Below, piece by piece: positions 23,424 to 35,859 of a stretch of DNA of 64,000 bases. The translations under genes and the position numbers were made by a program. Under the pieces are notes generated by a model that was given only the letters and a program-made list of their open reading frames with translations, did not search any database and had not been told where the DNA came from. Positions within the stretch are counted from its first letter, which is position 1, and each line of letters opens with the position of its first letter. The stretch comes from Heterodontus francisci (Eukaryota): contig NC_090415.1 in the NCBI RefSeq assembly GCF_036365525.1, forward strand, positions 8,680,001 to 8,744,000, read 5' to 3'.

Positions 23424-23464
23424 GGCTCTTTTAAGAGCCACCAAATCGACAAAAGAAAGAGTTG
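23424..23464 (+). terminator. Histone 3' stem-loop and HDE
   Basis: GGCTCTTTTAAGAGCC, then AAAGAGTTG. Confidence 0.95.
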
Positions 23465-23774
23465 TGATCTCTTGTTCATTCCAGCACATAGACGTCTCAG
23501 AAGGATTTGACCACTTTTTTACTGTGTTATGTGGGCGACCCAGAATTCAGGACCTTGCAGTTTTCAGTCGTGTACAGCTCATATTATAGCGGCGATCATT
23601 CTCGAACTGAAGACACGCTTTAGTTGTACATAAACGGTAAGCCTTACAAATATGGCAAGAGAAAATTAAAATGCATTCCATCTGATGAGCAGATAAATGC
23701 TTGACTCCAGTACAATTCATACCAACACAAAATAACTCGAACAGTATAACATTACCGTCTCTCAGACAGTAACC

Positions 23775-23814
23775 AGCCCTTTCACAGATAAAGTGGGTGG
23801 CTCTGAAAAGAGCC
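23775..23814 (-). terminator. Histone 3' stem-loop and HDE (H2A)
   Basis: Minus strand GGCTCTTTTCAGAGCC-ACCCA, then GAAAGGGCTG. Confidence 0.93.
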
Positions 23815-23844
23815 TTTGGGTTGACAAATTCAGGTCTGGCAGCT

Positions 23845-24234
23845 TCACTTGCCCTTCGTGCTCGGAGCGCTGGCTTTCTTGGGCAGCAGCACGGCCTGGA
23901 TATTAGGCAGCACCCCGCCTTGTGCGATGGTCACCCCTCCCAGCAGCCTGTTGAGCTCCTCGTCGTTGCGGACGGCCAGCTGCAGGTGTCTGGGAATGAT
24001 ACGACTCTTCTTGTTGTCCCGGGCCGCGTTGCCGGCCAGCTCGAGAATTTCAGCTGTCAGATACTCGAGCACAGCAGCCAGATAGACCGGGGCTCCGGCA
24101 CCCACCCGCTCAGCATAGTTGCCCTTTTTAAGGAACCTGTGAACACGGCCCACCGGGAACTGCAGTCCAGCTCGGGAGGAGCGGGACTTGGCCTTGGACC
24201 GAGCTTTACCACTGGTCTTCCCTCTTCCAGACAT
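23845..24234 (-). CDS. H2A: Histone H2A (129 aa)
   Basis: MSGRGK...[13 protein letters not shown]...VLLPKK. True ATG at 24234. Confidence 0.97.
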   Translation of the reverse strand: MSGRGKTSGKARSKAKSRSSRAGLQFPVGRVHRFLKKGNYAERVGAGAPVYLAAVLEYLTAEILELAGNAARDNKKSRIIPRHLQLAVRNDEELNRLLGGVTIAQGGVLPNIQAVLLPKKASAPSTKGK

Positions 24235-24604
24235 TTCCACAATCTCACAAGCACTTTCACGAAGAATGTTGAGATCCGCCCACATTCCTCCTCCTTGTAC
24301 CTTCTGGAGGAATGGTGTTGGGGACACTGCTGATTGGTCAGTCAGCACTCGGTGTCATTGTGCTGTACATGTTACCAATCAGAGAGCGACTAAATTCATC
24401 AATCAGGAGACGCCAAGAAGATGAGGGTGGAAAATAACGGCGCTAAATTGTCAGACTGCAAAGGATTTGAAAAGCCCGCCAATATATTTGTAAAATATGG
24501 AGCAGCTTCAGTATAGAATATCGCATTTATAGGTAATTTGTACAGTAAAAACAAAATAAAATATTTTTCATATTGTGTTATTCTACATTTGGCAGAATGT
24601 AGAT

Positions 24605-24917
24605 GGGCGGCACAGTGGCGCAGTGGTTAGCACCGCAGCCTCACAGCTCCAGGGACCCGGGTTCAATTCTGGGTACTGCCTGTGTGGAGTTTGCAAGTTC
24701 TCCCTGTGTCTGCGTGGGTTTTCGCCGGGTGCTCCGGTTTCCTCCCACATCCAAAAGACTTGCAGGTGATAGGTAAATTGGCTGTTGTAAATTGCCCCTA
24801 GTGTTGGGAGGTGATATTGGATTACTGTAGGGTTAGTATAAATGGGTGGTTGTTGGTCGGCACAGACTTGGTGGGTCGAAGGGCCTGTTTCAGTGCTGTA
24901 ACTCTAAATAAAATAAA
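24605..24917 (+). mobile_element. Full-length HE1/V-SINE-type SINE, absent from the paralogous site in unit 2
   Basis: A/B boxes and CR1 tail; the flanks align to 56590-56640 without it. Confidence 0.9.
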
Positions 24918-25561
24918 AGCTCCAGTTTCGCTTTGTCATTCTGGCATCGATTCGTGTTTACGCTGCCTTTTTTGATCCATTCTGTAACCAGGGGGAAGAA
25001 AGCCTCTTTCACAGCATTCTCCAACCGGGCACATTTCATGTCAATTTTCATAATAATACCGCATCACTGATGAAAGATTGTTTGTTATTCGTGGGAGACA
25101 ACAGCGGAGTGTAGATTTTCAGTGTCAGGTGTCAGCGTGTGAGACGAAGGGTTCCGACACCACCGGGGGTTCTAGATAATGTAATTATTAATTTCTGAGG
25201 TCAAACTTGAACTAGGGAAATAAGTGACTGCGAACTGATGTATGTGCGTTAAATCAGCTTTTATTGTCGAAATACAAAGAAGGAGCCGAATATGAACACG
25301 TCCAAGAACAAACCTCACAAATGGTCAGTGGTCAGTAATTTATGTACGCGACATTATTAGTTAGAGACAGAAAGATCGCACGGGCAGTGAAACTGCATTA
25401 ACCAGAATCTATGGGAGTAAAACAGAGATCACAAAGGCAAGGACACTTGATATATAAATCAATATAAGTCGACACTACACAGACAATGTTGTAGCTTTTT
25501 CAGAGAAGTTGTCGGTGGCTCCTCTTTGGGTTTTCGGTGTTTTTCAGTCCATGGTGGATAT

Positions 25562-25942
25562 TTACTTGGAGCTGGTGTACTTGGTGACCGCCTTTGTACC
25601 TTCCGACACGGCGTGTTTGGCCAGCTCCCCGGGCAGCAGCAGGCGCACGGCGGTCTGGATCTCCCGGGAGCTGATGGTGCTGCGTTTGTTGTAATGGGCC
25701 AGGCGGGAAGCCTCACCCGCGATTCGCTCGAAAATATCATTCACAAACGAATTCATGATGCTCATGGCCTTGGAGGAGATGCCGGTGTCAGGGTGAACCT
25801 GCTTCATCACTTTGTACACGTAGATGGAGTAACTTTCTTTCCTGGGTCTTCTCCGTTTCTTGTTACCCTTCGTTGGCGCCTTCTTCAGAGCTTTCTTGCC
25901 ACCCTTCTTGGGAGGTGCTGCTGTTTTCTTGTCGTCAACCAT
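25562..25942 (-). CDS. H2B: Histone H2B (126 aa); ORF intact but 3' stem-loop disrupted
   Basis: [27 protein letters not shown]...[12 protein letters not shown] at 25942, downstream of TATA. Confidence 0.93.
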   Translation of the reverse strand: MVDDKKTAAPPKKGGKKALKKAPTKGNKKRRRPRKESYSIYVYKVMKQVHPDTGISSKAMSIMNSFVNDIFERIAGEASRLAHYNKRSTISSREIQTAVRLLLPGELAKHAVSEGTKAVTKYTSSK

Positions 25943-25993
25943 AGTTACGATCAACTCTCCACACGGAATAACCGAAACTTTGCGCGGAGCTCC

Positions 25994-26126
25994 CTTTTTA
26001 TAGACATCCCCAAAGCCGTATGCTAATGAAGGATGGGAGAAAACCATGTTCATGATTGGCTGGTTTACAATGATGTCATTGCCTGATGTTCTGATTCTAT
26101 CTGATTGGTTACTTTAGATACCCAAT
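25994..26126 (-). promoter_or_regulatory. H2B promoter: TATA, variant octamer, CCAAT boxes, CRE-like site
   Basis: TATAAAAA (minus, ~25994-26001), ATTAGCAT (minus, 26020-26027), ATTGG at ~26056 and ~26104, TGATGTCA 26071. Confidence 0.8.
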
Positions 26127-26589
26127 CACATTTTGTGCTTCTCACAGCCCCAAACTGTCGCAGCAGTCAGATCGTCCAAACCCCTTTGCCCGCCCTTATC
26201 CACCGACATCCCTGACTTTCTGAGTCCCTCTTCCTCGTCAACCATTTCTATTTTTCTGGTCCGAGAACGTCTCTTTTTTCATACTGTACGTATAAATTGC
26301 TCCACATGTTCCCTTCCTCATCAGGAAGTAGCGCCCCTCTGCACTTCCGTCCATTCACCAGGACGTAGCCGTCCAGTACAGTCCTTAAATACATGTAGCG
26401 TACCAAATAAGGTTGGTCAGCTGCAGCCACCAGACGCCACATTCCAGACTTCTTTAGTGGCAATTACATAATTCTGGCTGAAACAAGGGGAGGCATGGGA
26501 ACTTAGTATTTCTCACTATAAATATTCAGGAAAGATAGGTCTGAAAAATTATGGAGGGTTGTGGAGTGGAAATAATTGATCAAATATAG

Positions 26590-27395
26590 AACAAAAAAAC
26601 AAAGAACAAAGATAATTACAGCACAGGAACAGGCCCTTCGGCCCTCCAAGCCTGCGCCGATCCAGATCCTCTCTCTAAACATGTCGCCTATTTTCTAAGG
26701 TTCTGTATCTCTTTTCTTCCTGCCCATTCATGTATCTGTCTAGATACATCTTAAATGACTCCATCGTGCCCGCGTCTACCACCTCCGCTGGCAAAGCGTT
26801 CCAGGTGCCCACCACCCTCTGCGTAAAGAACTTTCCACGCATATCCCCCCTAAACATTTCCCCTTTCACTTTGAACTCGTGTCCTCTCGTAATTGAAACC
26901 CCCACTCTGGGAAAAAGCCTCTTGCTGTCCACCCTGTCTATACCTCTCATGATTTTGTACACCTCAATCAGGTCCCCCCTCAACCTCCGTCTTTCTAATG
27001 AAAATAATCCTAATCTACTCAACCTCTCTTCATAGCTAGCGCCCTCCATACCAGGCAACATCCTGGTGAACCTCCTCTGCACCCTCTCCAAAGCATCCAC
27101 ATCCTTTTGATAATGTGGCGACCAGAACTGTACGCAGTATTCCAAATGTGGCCGAACCAAAGTCCTATACAACTGTAACATGACCTGCCAACTCTTGTAC
27201 TCAATGCCCCGTCCGATGAAGGAAAGCATGCCGTATGCCTTCTTGACCACTCTATTTACCTGCGTTGCCACCTTCAGGGAACAGTGGACCTGAACACCCA
27301 AATCTCTCTGGACATCAATTTTCCCCAGGACTTTTCCATTTACTGTATAGTTCACTCTTGAATTGGATCTTCCAAAATGCATCACCTCGCATTTG
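26590..27395 (-). mobile_element. Young CR1 LINE 3' fragment
   Basis: Uninterrupted 236-aa ORF 26675..27385 of the CR1 ORF2 C-terminus plus 3' tail. Confidence 0.95.
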
Positions 27396-27799
27396 CAAAA
27401 TATAATATAACATTGGTAGGGATGACGTTTTTAAGGGGTTAAAAACAGAATCTATTTGGTCATATATACGGAACAAAGCAAAAGGAAATGCATGGACGGT
27501 GTGGGTCGCCAAATATTTCTCCTTCCCTGCAGGGCATATGAATGTGGGATTCATTCTGTGCCCATCAGTATGTTGTATTTAACCGGGGCATTTATTCCGT
27601 ATCTGTCAGTCTATGGTCAATGATTATGCGATTTAATTCAAAATTTTCAATATTCAATCGGTGATTCCGCTATTTTTTTTCTTCTCTCCGTGACATTCAA
27701 TTTCTAAGTGGGTGATTATAGGCTTTATTCTGTACCGATTAGCTTCTGCTCAGTGATTGAGAGTTTTACTATATATCTGTTAGTCTCTGCTTTTGGAGT

Positions 27800-30700
27800 T
27801 TTTTTTAATTAATTCGTGGGATGTGGGTGTCGCTGGCTAGGCCAGCATTTATTGCCCATCCCTAATTGCCCTTGAGAAGGTGGTGGTGAGCTGCCTTCTT
27901 GAACCGCTGCAGTCCGTGTGTGGTAGGTACACCCACAGTGCTGTTAGGAAGGGAGTTCCAGGATTTTGACCCAGCGACAGTGAAGGAACGGCGATATAGT
28001 TCCAAGTCAGGATGGTGTGTGACTTGGAGGGGAACTTGCAGGTGGTGGTGTTCCCATGTATTTGCTGCCCTTGTCCTTCTAGTTGGTAGAGGTCGCGGGT
28101 TTGGAAGGTGCTGTCTAAGGAGCCTTGGTGCATTGCTGCAGTGCATCTTGTAGATGGTACACACTGCTGCCACTGTGCGTCGGTGGTGGAGGGAGTGAAT
28201 GTTTGTACATGGGGTGCCAATCAAGCGGGCTGCTTTGTCCTGGATGATGTTGAGCTTCTTGAGTGTTGTTGGAGCTGCACCCATCCAGGCAGCTGCACCC
28301 ATCCTGACTAGTGCCTTGTAGATGGTGGACAGGCTTTGGGGAGTCAGGAGGTGAGTTACTCGCCTCAGGATTCTGAGCCTCTGATCTGCTCTTGTAGCCA
28401 CAGTATTTATATGACTACTCCAGTTCAGTTTCTGGTCAATGGTAGTCGCTAGGATGTTGATAGTGGGGATTCAACGATGGTAATGCCGTTGAATGTCAAG
28501 GGGAGATGGGCAGATTCTCTCTTGTTGGAGATTGTTATTGCCTGCCACTTGTGTGGCGCGAATGTTACTTGCCACTTATCAACCCAAGCCTGGATATTGT
28601 CCAGGTCTTGCTGCATTTCTACATGGACTGCTTCAGTATCTGAGGAGTCACGAATGGTGCTGAACATTGTGCAATCATCAGCGAACATCCCCACTTCTGA
28701 CCTTATGATTGAAGGAAGGTCATCGATGAAGCAGCTGAAGATGGTTGGGCCTAGGACGCTACCCTGAGGAACACCTGCAGTGATGTCCTGGAGCTCAGAT
28801 GATCGACCTCCAAAAACCACAACCATCTTCCTTTGTGCTAGGTATGACTAGGCCAGCGAAGGGTTTTCCCCCTGATTCCCATTGACCTCAGTTTTGATGG
28901 GGTTCCTTGATGCCACACTCGGTCAAATGCTGCCTTGATGTCAAGGGCAGTCAATCTCGCCTCACCTCTTGAGTACAGCTCTTTTGTCCATGTTTGAACC
29001 AAGGCTGTAATGAGGTCAGGAGCTGAGGTGCTCTGGCGGAATCCAAACTGAGCGTCACTAGCAATATATTGTTAAGCAAGTGCCACTAGATGGAAATGTC
29101 GATGACACCTTCCATCACTTTACTGATGATCGAGACTTGATTGAAGGGGTGGTAATTGGCCGGTTGGACTTGCCCTGCTTTTTCTGTACAGGTCATACCT
29201 GGGCAATTTTCCACATTGCTGGGTAGATAGCAGTGTTGTAGCTGCACTGGAACAACTTGTCTGGTGTGGCAAGTACTGGAGCACAGGTCCTCAGTACTAT
29301 TGCCAGAATATTGTCAGGTCCCATAGCCTTTTCAGTATCCAGTGCCTTCTGTCATTTCTTGATATCATGTGGAGTGAATCGAGTCTGCAGAAGTCTGGCA
29401 TCTGTGATGCTGGGGCCTTCAGGGGGAGGCCGAGATGAGTCATCAACTTGGCACTTCTGGCTGAAGATTGTTGCAAATGTTTTGGCCTTATCTTTCGCAC
29501 TGATGTGCTGGGCTCCCCCATCATTGAGGATGGGGATATTTGTGGAGCCACCTCCTCCAGTTAGTCGTTTAATTGTCCACCACCATTCATGGCTGGATGT
29601 GGCAGGACTGCAAACCTGAGCTCTGATCTAATGGTTACGGGATCTCTTATCTCTTTCCATCACATGCTGCTGACTGGCATGAAAGATGTCCTGTGTTGTA
29701 GCTTCAGCAGGTTGACACTTCATTTTGAGGTATGCCTGGTGCTGCCTCTGGCATGCCCTCCTGCACTCTTCATTGAATTGTGGTTGGTCTCTTGGCTTGA
29801 TGGTAATGATAGAGTGGGGGATATGCTGGGCCATGTGGTTACAGATTCTGGTTGAGTACAGTTCTGCAGCTGCTGATGGCCCACAGTGCCTCATGGATAC
29901 GCAGAATGGCATTGCTAGATGTGTTCAAAATCTATCCCATTTAGCATGGTGGTAGTGCCACACAACAGCTCCAGCAACCCGGGTTCAATTCAGGGTACTG
30001 CCTGTGTGGAGTTTGCAAGTTCTCCCTGTGTCTGCGTGGGTTTCCTCCGGGTGCTTCGGTTTCCTCCCACATGCCAAAGACTTGCAGGTTGATAGGTTAA
30101 TTGGCCATTATAAATTGCCCCTAGTATAGGTAGGTGGTAGGGAAATATAGGGACAGGTGGGGATGTGGTAGTAATGTGGAATTAGTGTAGGATTAGTATA
30201 AATGGGTGGTTGATGGTCGGCACAGACTCGGTGGGCCGAAGGGCCTGTTTCAGTGCTGTATCTCTAAACTAAACACGATGGAGGGTATCCTCAATGTGCA
30301 GGTGGGACATTGTCTCCACAACGACTGTGCGGTGGTCACTCCGTTCAATACTGTCATGGACAGATCCATTTGCTGCAGGCAGTTTTGTGTGGATGAGGTG
30401 AAGTATGTTTTTCCCTCTTGTTGGTTCCCTCACCACCTTCTGCATACCCAATCTAGCAGCTGTGTCCATTAGAACTCGGCCAGCTCAGTCAGTAGTGGAG
30501 CTACTGAGCCATTCTTGGTGATGGACATTGAAGTCCCCCACCCAGAGTACATTCGGTGCCTTTGCCACCCTCAGTGCTTCCTCCATGTGGTGTTCAACAT
30601 GGAGGAGTACTGACCCATCAGCTGAGGGAGGTCGGTAGGTGGTAATCAGCAGGACGTTTATTTGCCCATGTTTGACCTGATGCCATGAGATTTCATGGGG

Positions 30701-31030
30701 TCCGGATTTGATGTTGAGAACACCCAGGGCAACTCCCTCCCTACTGTATACCACTGTGCCCCCACCTCTGCTGGGTCTGTCCTGCCGGTGGGACAGGACA
30801 TACCCAGGGATGCTGATGGCAGTGTCTGGGACATTGTCTGTAATGTATGATTCCATGAGTATGACTATGTCAGGCTGTTGCATGACTAGTCTGTGGGACA
30901 GTTCTCCCAACTTTGGCACGAGCCCCCAGATGTAAGCAAGGAGGACTTTGCTGGATCAACAGGGCTGGGTTTGCTATTGTCGTTTCCAGTGCATAGGTCG
31001 ATGGCAGGTGGTCTGTCTGGTTTCATTTTT
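27800..31030 (-). mobile_element. Near-complete decayed ORF2 of the third LINE family (CR1/L2 group), with an internal SINE
   Basis: APE (VLWVGDFNVHH, SDH) at 30.3-30.9 kb; RT ([14 protein letters not shown]) at 28.4-28.8 kb; 3' end at 27.8 kb. Confidence 0.9.
29967..30273 (+). mobile_element. HE1/V-SINE-type SINE inserted in a LINE
   Basis: Family match; slightly 5'-truncated. Confidence 0.9.
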
Positions 31031-31409
31031 TTTAATTACGATTGTACATCTGACTCTCTGCTGTATGATTGTGGATGTTCACCTGTACAAGTTACTTTCT
31101 GGTACGGGCGTGTGAATTTTATTCTGTATGCCAGTTTCTGGTATGAGAATGTGTGTTTTTTTCTGTCCTGTCAGTTTCTGTTGAACTGCATGGTGGTTTT
31201 GCTTTGGATCTGTCAATTTCTGCTATGTGAATGTTGGTTTTCCTTTGTATTTGTTAGTTTCTGGTATGTAATAAAGGTCTTTACTCTGTACCTGCTATTC
31301 CCTGGCAAGTGATTGTGGGATCACTCCATATCTGTCAGAGTCTCATACGTTGCTTCAGGTGTCAAGTTTCGGACGTGTGAATATGGATTTTCCTCTGTTC
31401 CAGTCAGAT

Positions 31410-31965
31410 AGCAATAATATCATATTCCCATGTGTTAATCAATGCCCTCAATTCATTACTAGTAAGACTCCTTGCATTAAAATAGACACAAGCCAGCCTA
31501 GCATTGTTCGCTTTTGCCTGAACAGCTCAATTTTTGCTCTGCCTTCCAGACTGACACAGTTTCTCTTCTATATTTGACTGTGCATCACCCCTTACTGTAC
31601 CTCCCCTCTGTATCCCACCCTCCTGCCAAATTAGTTTACAACCACCCCACCCCCCCCCAACCCCGAACAGCAGAAGCAAGCCTCCCAGCAAGGATGTTGG
31701 TCGTGCTCCCGTTCAGGCAACGAGTCCAACTTGTACAGGTCCCACCTTCGCCAGAAACAAACCCAGTGATCCAAGAAACTAAACCCCTCCCTCCTGTATC
31801 ATCTCTTCAGCCACGCATTGATCTGCTCTATCCTCCCATTTCTATACTCACTAGCACGTGGCACTGGGAGTAATCCAGAGATTATAACTTTTGAGGTCCT
31901 CCTTTTTAATCTGCTACCTAGCTCCCTAAATTCTTGTTGCATGACCTCATCCCTATTTCTACCTG
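31410..31965 (-). mobile_element. CR1 ORF1 (SGNH esterase) / ORF2-start fragment
   Basis: FRELGSRLKRRTSKVIISGLLPVPRA...INAWL. Confidence 0.8.
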
Positions 31966-32709
31966 TAATTTTCCGGTATGGGATAAAGGTCTTTACTCTG
32001 TACCTGCTAGTTGCTGGCAAGTGATTGTGACATCAATCCATATCTGTCAGAGTGTGATGTTACTTCAGATTTTACTCTTCAGCTGTCAGTTTCTGACATG
32101 TGAATATGGATTTTCCTCATTCTGGTCACTTACTGCAATGTAAGTCACTCCTTTATTCTGTGCCTGTCAGTTTCAGGTCTGGAAGAAAGATTTTTTTCAT
32201 TACCTTTTATAATCTGGCAAGTGAATGTGAGATCACCCTGTTTCTGTCTGTCTGTAACATGTTCCTGTCGTTTTTACTCATCACCTGTCAGTTTCTGATA
32301 CATGAATTTGGATTTTATTCTTTACCTGTCAGTTAATACAATGCAAGTATGTATTTTATTATGTACCTGTTGTTTTCTTTTAATTGATTGTAGCTTTTAC
32401 TCTTGATCTGTCACTCTCTGGAATGTGAATGTGGCTATTACTCTGTGTCTGTCTGTGTTGGATTTGCCAGCAAGTGTTTTCCTTTGCCTTTCTGTTCCTG
32501 ACATGTGAATGTGAATTTTACTTTGTACCTCTCAGTTACTGGTATGTGATTGTGGGTTTTATTCTGTATCCATGAGCCTATGATTGTGGCTTGTGTCCTA
32601 GGCATGTCAGTATCTTGTTTGCATTTGCCCATTATTATGTGCATGTTGCTTTATGGGTAAGGACTGCAGGATTTACTCTTTTTTCTGCCATATTACTACT
32701 ATCGCTTCA

Positions 32710-33300
32710 ACAGCTGGTCAGAGGCTGGGAATTCTGTGATGAATCGCACATGTCCTAACTCCCCAAACTCATTCCACCACCTACAAGCCATAAGTCAGAA
32801 TTCTGACGAATTACTCTCCACTTGCTTGGATGAGTGCAGCCCAAACAACACTGAAGAAGCTCGATACCATCCAGGACAAAGCAACGGGCTTGACTGGATT
32901 AACAGTCACCAGCTTAAGCATTTACTCCCTCCACCAGCAGTGCACAGTGTGTACCATCTACAAGATGGACTGCATCAACCTGAGGAAGCACCGTGCAACA
33001 GCACCTTACAAAGCCGCGACAGCTGCTACCGAGTAGAACATGGGCAGCAAGCTTATGAGAACATTACCACCTGCAATTTCATCTTCAGTTCACACGTCAT
33101 TCTGATGAGAAAATATAACGCCATTCCTTCATCATCACTCAGCCCAAATACTGGAACTCCCTACCTAACACCACTGTTGGTGTACCTACACTACAAAGAC
33201 CAGAGGGTGAAAGAAGTCTGTTGAACACCATCTTCCAAAGACAATAAGGGATGGACAACAATAACTGGCCATTCTAGAGGTGCTGACATCCCATGAACAT
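32710..33300 (+). mobile_element. Old 3' fragment of the third LINE family
   Basis: TTLKKLDTIQDKA...CTIYKM. Confidence 0.8.
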
Positions 33301-33849
33301 TTACTACAAATAATCATAAAGGTGTGTATATGAATGATATTCGTTCGGTGTCTGTTCATCACTGGTACACTATGAGTGTGGAAGTCATTCTGCATCTGTT
33401 ACTCTGAAAGACAGGATCTGTTTGTTTACAATTAAGGAACAATGAAGGAGCTCTTACACAGCTCGATCTCCAAATATCTGTCCCTCTTTGTGTGGTATGT
33501 GAGTGAGGGATTCATTCTTTATCTCTGAATGTGGAATGTGACTGTTGGTATTACTATGTACCTGCCAGCTTATGATATGTAACTAGGGCTCTTTCTCTGT
33601 ATCTGCCACATACTGATAAGTGCATGTGTTCTTTCCATTCTACCTGCCAGCTTCTGATGTGAGTGTGGGTTTTATTATGCACTTATCAGCCTCTGGCATG
33701 CATGTGTTTCTTTTATACTGTACCTGTCAATTTCTGCTGAATTGAACGGGGGTTTTGATTTGAATCTGTTACTTTCTGTTATGTCAATGTGAGTGTTCCT
33801 TTGTACTTGTCAATTTCTCGTCCTGAAGAAAGGTGTTTAAACTGCAACT

Positions 33850-34095
33850 AATACAAAGCAACAGACTGTGAATGCTGGAGATGTGAAATTAAAACAGAAA
33901 ATGCTGCAAATACTCAGCAGGCCTGCCAGCATCTGTGGAGACAGAAACAGAGATAACCATTCAGGTCAATGGCCTTTCATCAGAAAGGTCTGTTCTGATC
34001 GAAGGTCATTGACCTGAAATGTTAACACACTTTCTCTCTCCACAGGTGCTGCCAGACTCGCAGATTATTTCCAACATTTTCTGTTTTCATTTCCA
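33850..34095. mobile_element. Inverted pair of Penelope-like terminal repeats (fold-back)
   Basis: Left arm is the reverse-complement PLE end, right arm the forward PLE end; centre ttcatcagaa-aggtctg-ttctgatcgaa. Confidence 0.75.
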
Positions 34096-34777
34096 CTGTA
34101 CATCGTATATTCTGGCAAATGAATGTGGGATCAATCTTTAACCTTTGGTTTCTGATATGCAAATGTGGATTTTACCTAGCATGTTGTCAGTTACTGCAAT
34201 GCAAATATCTGTTTTATTCTGTAACATTTTGTTTGTGGTAATTGATTGTGGGTTTTACGCTGCATCTGCCAGTCTCTGTAATGTGAATGTGGCTTTTGTC
34301 TGTGCATGATTTGTGAGTATGTGTTTTACTTTCCCTGTATGTTTCTCAATGTGGATTTTGCTATGTACCTCAGTTACTTTATGTGTATATGTTGTATTCT
34401 GTTTCTGTGCATCTATGGTGAGTGTAACATTTCCCCTGTATCTATCAGAATCACTCTTGTGAGGATGGTCATTATTCTGTACATGTTGGTTTATGGTAGT
34501 GCTTGATTTACACTTTTATGGTCACTCTCTAATATGCTACTATACAGTTTACTCTGCACTTGTCAGATTCTGCTGTGTGATATTGTCTTTTATCTATCTG
34601 TCTGTGTCTGGTATCCTATTGCAAGTTTTACTGTATACCCATCAGCTTCTGGTATTTAAGTATGAGGTTCACATTGTATCTTTCATGTTGTACTGTGTGA
34701 ATCTGCTTCTGCCTTGAACTGACAGTTTCTGCTCTGTGAGTGTACATTTGAAGGGTGCTTGTTAACTTCTGCTCTGT

Positions 34778-35106
34778 TTTAGATTAGAGATACAGCACTG
34801 AAACAGGCCCTTCGGCCCACCGAGTCTGTGCCGAACATCAACCACCCATTTATACTAATCCCATATTCCTACCAAACATCCCCACCTGTCCCTATATTTC
34901 CCTACCACCTACCTACACTCGTGACAATTTATAATGGCCAATTTACCTATCAACCTGCAAGTCTTTTGGCTTGTGGGAGGAAACCGGAGCACCCGGAGAA
35001 AACCCACGCAGACACAGGGAGAACTTGCAAACTCCACACAGGCAGTACCTGGAATCGAACCCGGGTCCCTGGAGCTGTGAGGCTGCGGTGCTAACCACTG
35101 CGCCAC
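34778..35106 (-). mobile_element. HE1/V-SINE-type SINE
   Basis: Family match. Confidence 0.92.
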
Positions 35107-35859
35107 TTTTACTCTGTGCATGTCAGTCACTGCAATGGGAAGTTGGGATTCATGCTGTATCTGCCATTTGATTTATCTTGATGGTATACTTAATTACATT
35201 CTTGTCAGTCTGTGTGAAAAAAAGTATTTTTTATCTCGGTATCTTTCAGCCTCTGAAGTGCAAGTGTGGGATTTCCTTTGTGCCTGTAAGTTTCTATTAT
35301 GAATGAGAGGTTTTTAATTCTGTAAATGGCAATTCCTGATACATTAGTGTGAGTTTTACTCTGTAACCCTCATTCTCTGGTATTTGAGTTTGTGTATTCT
35401 TCTGGTTAGCTGTCTGTTTCTGAAACGTTGGTTTGAATTTTACTTTGTACCAGTCAGATTCTGTTATCTGAATGTGGGGTATACTGTGCATCTCGCAGTT
35501 TCTGTTTTGTGATTGAGTTATACAACAGTCAGTCTCTGGTATGTGCACTAAGGTTTTACTCTGTGCCAGTATGTCTCAGAAATGTAAGTTTTGGTTTTAA
35601 ACTTTTTTTCCTTTGTACTTTGCAGTATTGAACTATACTTGTCACGTTCTGGTATGTGTGTGTAGCCTATGGTTCATGACTGTCAGTTTCTGGTATGTAT
35701 TTGTGTGCGTAGTGGGGGGGGGGGGGGGGGGGGGGGGTGGTATTGTGGGCGTTTACTTTATGCCTGTCAGTTTCTAGTATGTTAGTGCAGTTGTTTTCAT
35801 TTTTTTTAGCAGGTGAATGTTGATTTCTCTATTTTTGTTACATCATTCAGTTTCTTGCA

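Larger units (their letters stand above)
31030..35850 (+). repeat. Degenerate ~41-bp satellite (approx. TGTGAATGTGGGTTTTATTCTGTACCTGTCAGTTTCTGGTA), interrupted by TEs
   Basis: ctgta(c/t)ctgtcagtttct recurs at about 40-41-bp spacing. Confidence 0.75.

Noticed and set aside
23845-23870. H2A.X assignment
   Set aside because: C-terminus is PSTKGK with no SQ(E/D)Y motif in either copy.
24235-24348. N-terminal extensions of the H2A, H2B and H1 ORFs in the ORF track (also 25943-26053, 50932-51111, 56256-56369)
   Set aside because: They run through promoter elements (TATA, CCAAT, AC box); the conserved ATG lies downstream.
28272-28305. Short duplication gcagctgcacccatcc inside a LINE
   Set aside because: Local slippage or deletion scar in a dead element.
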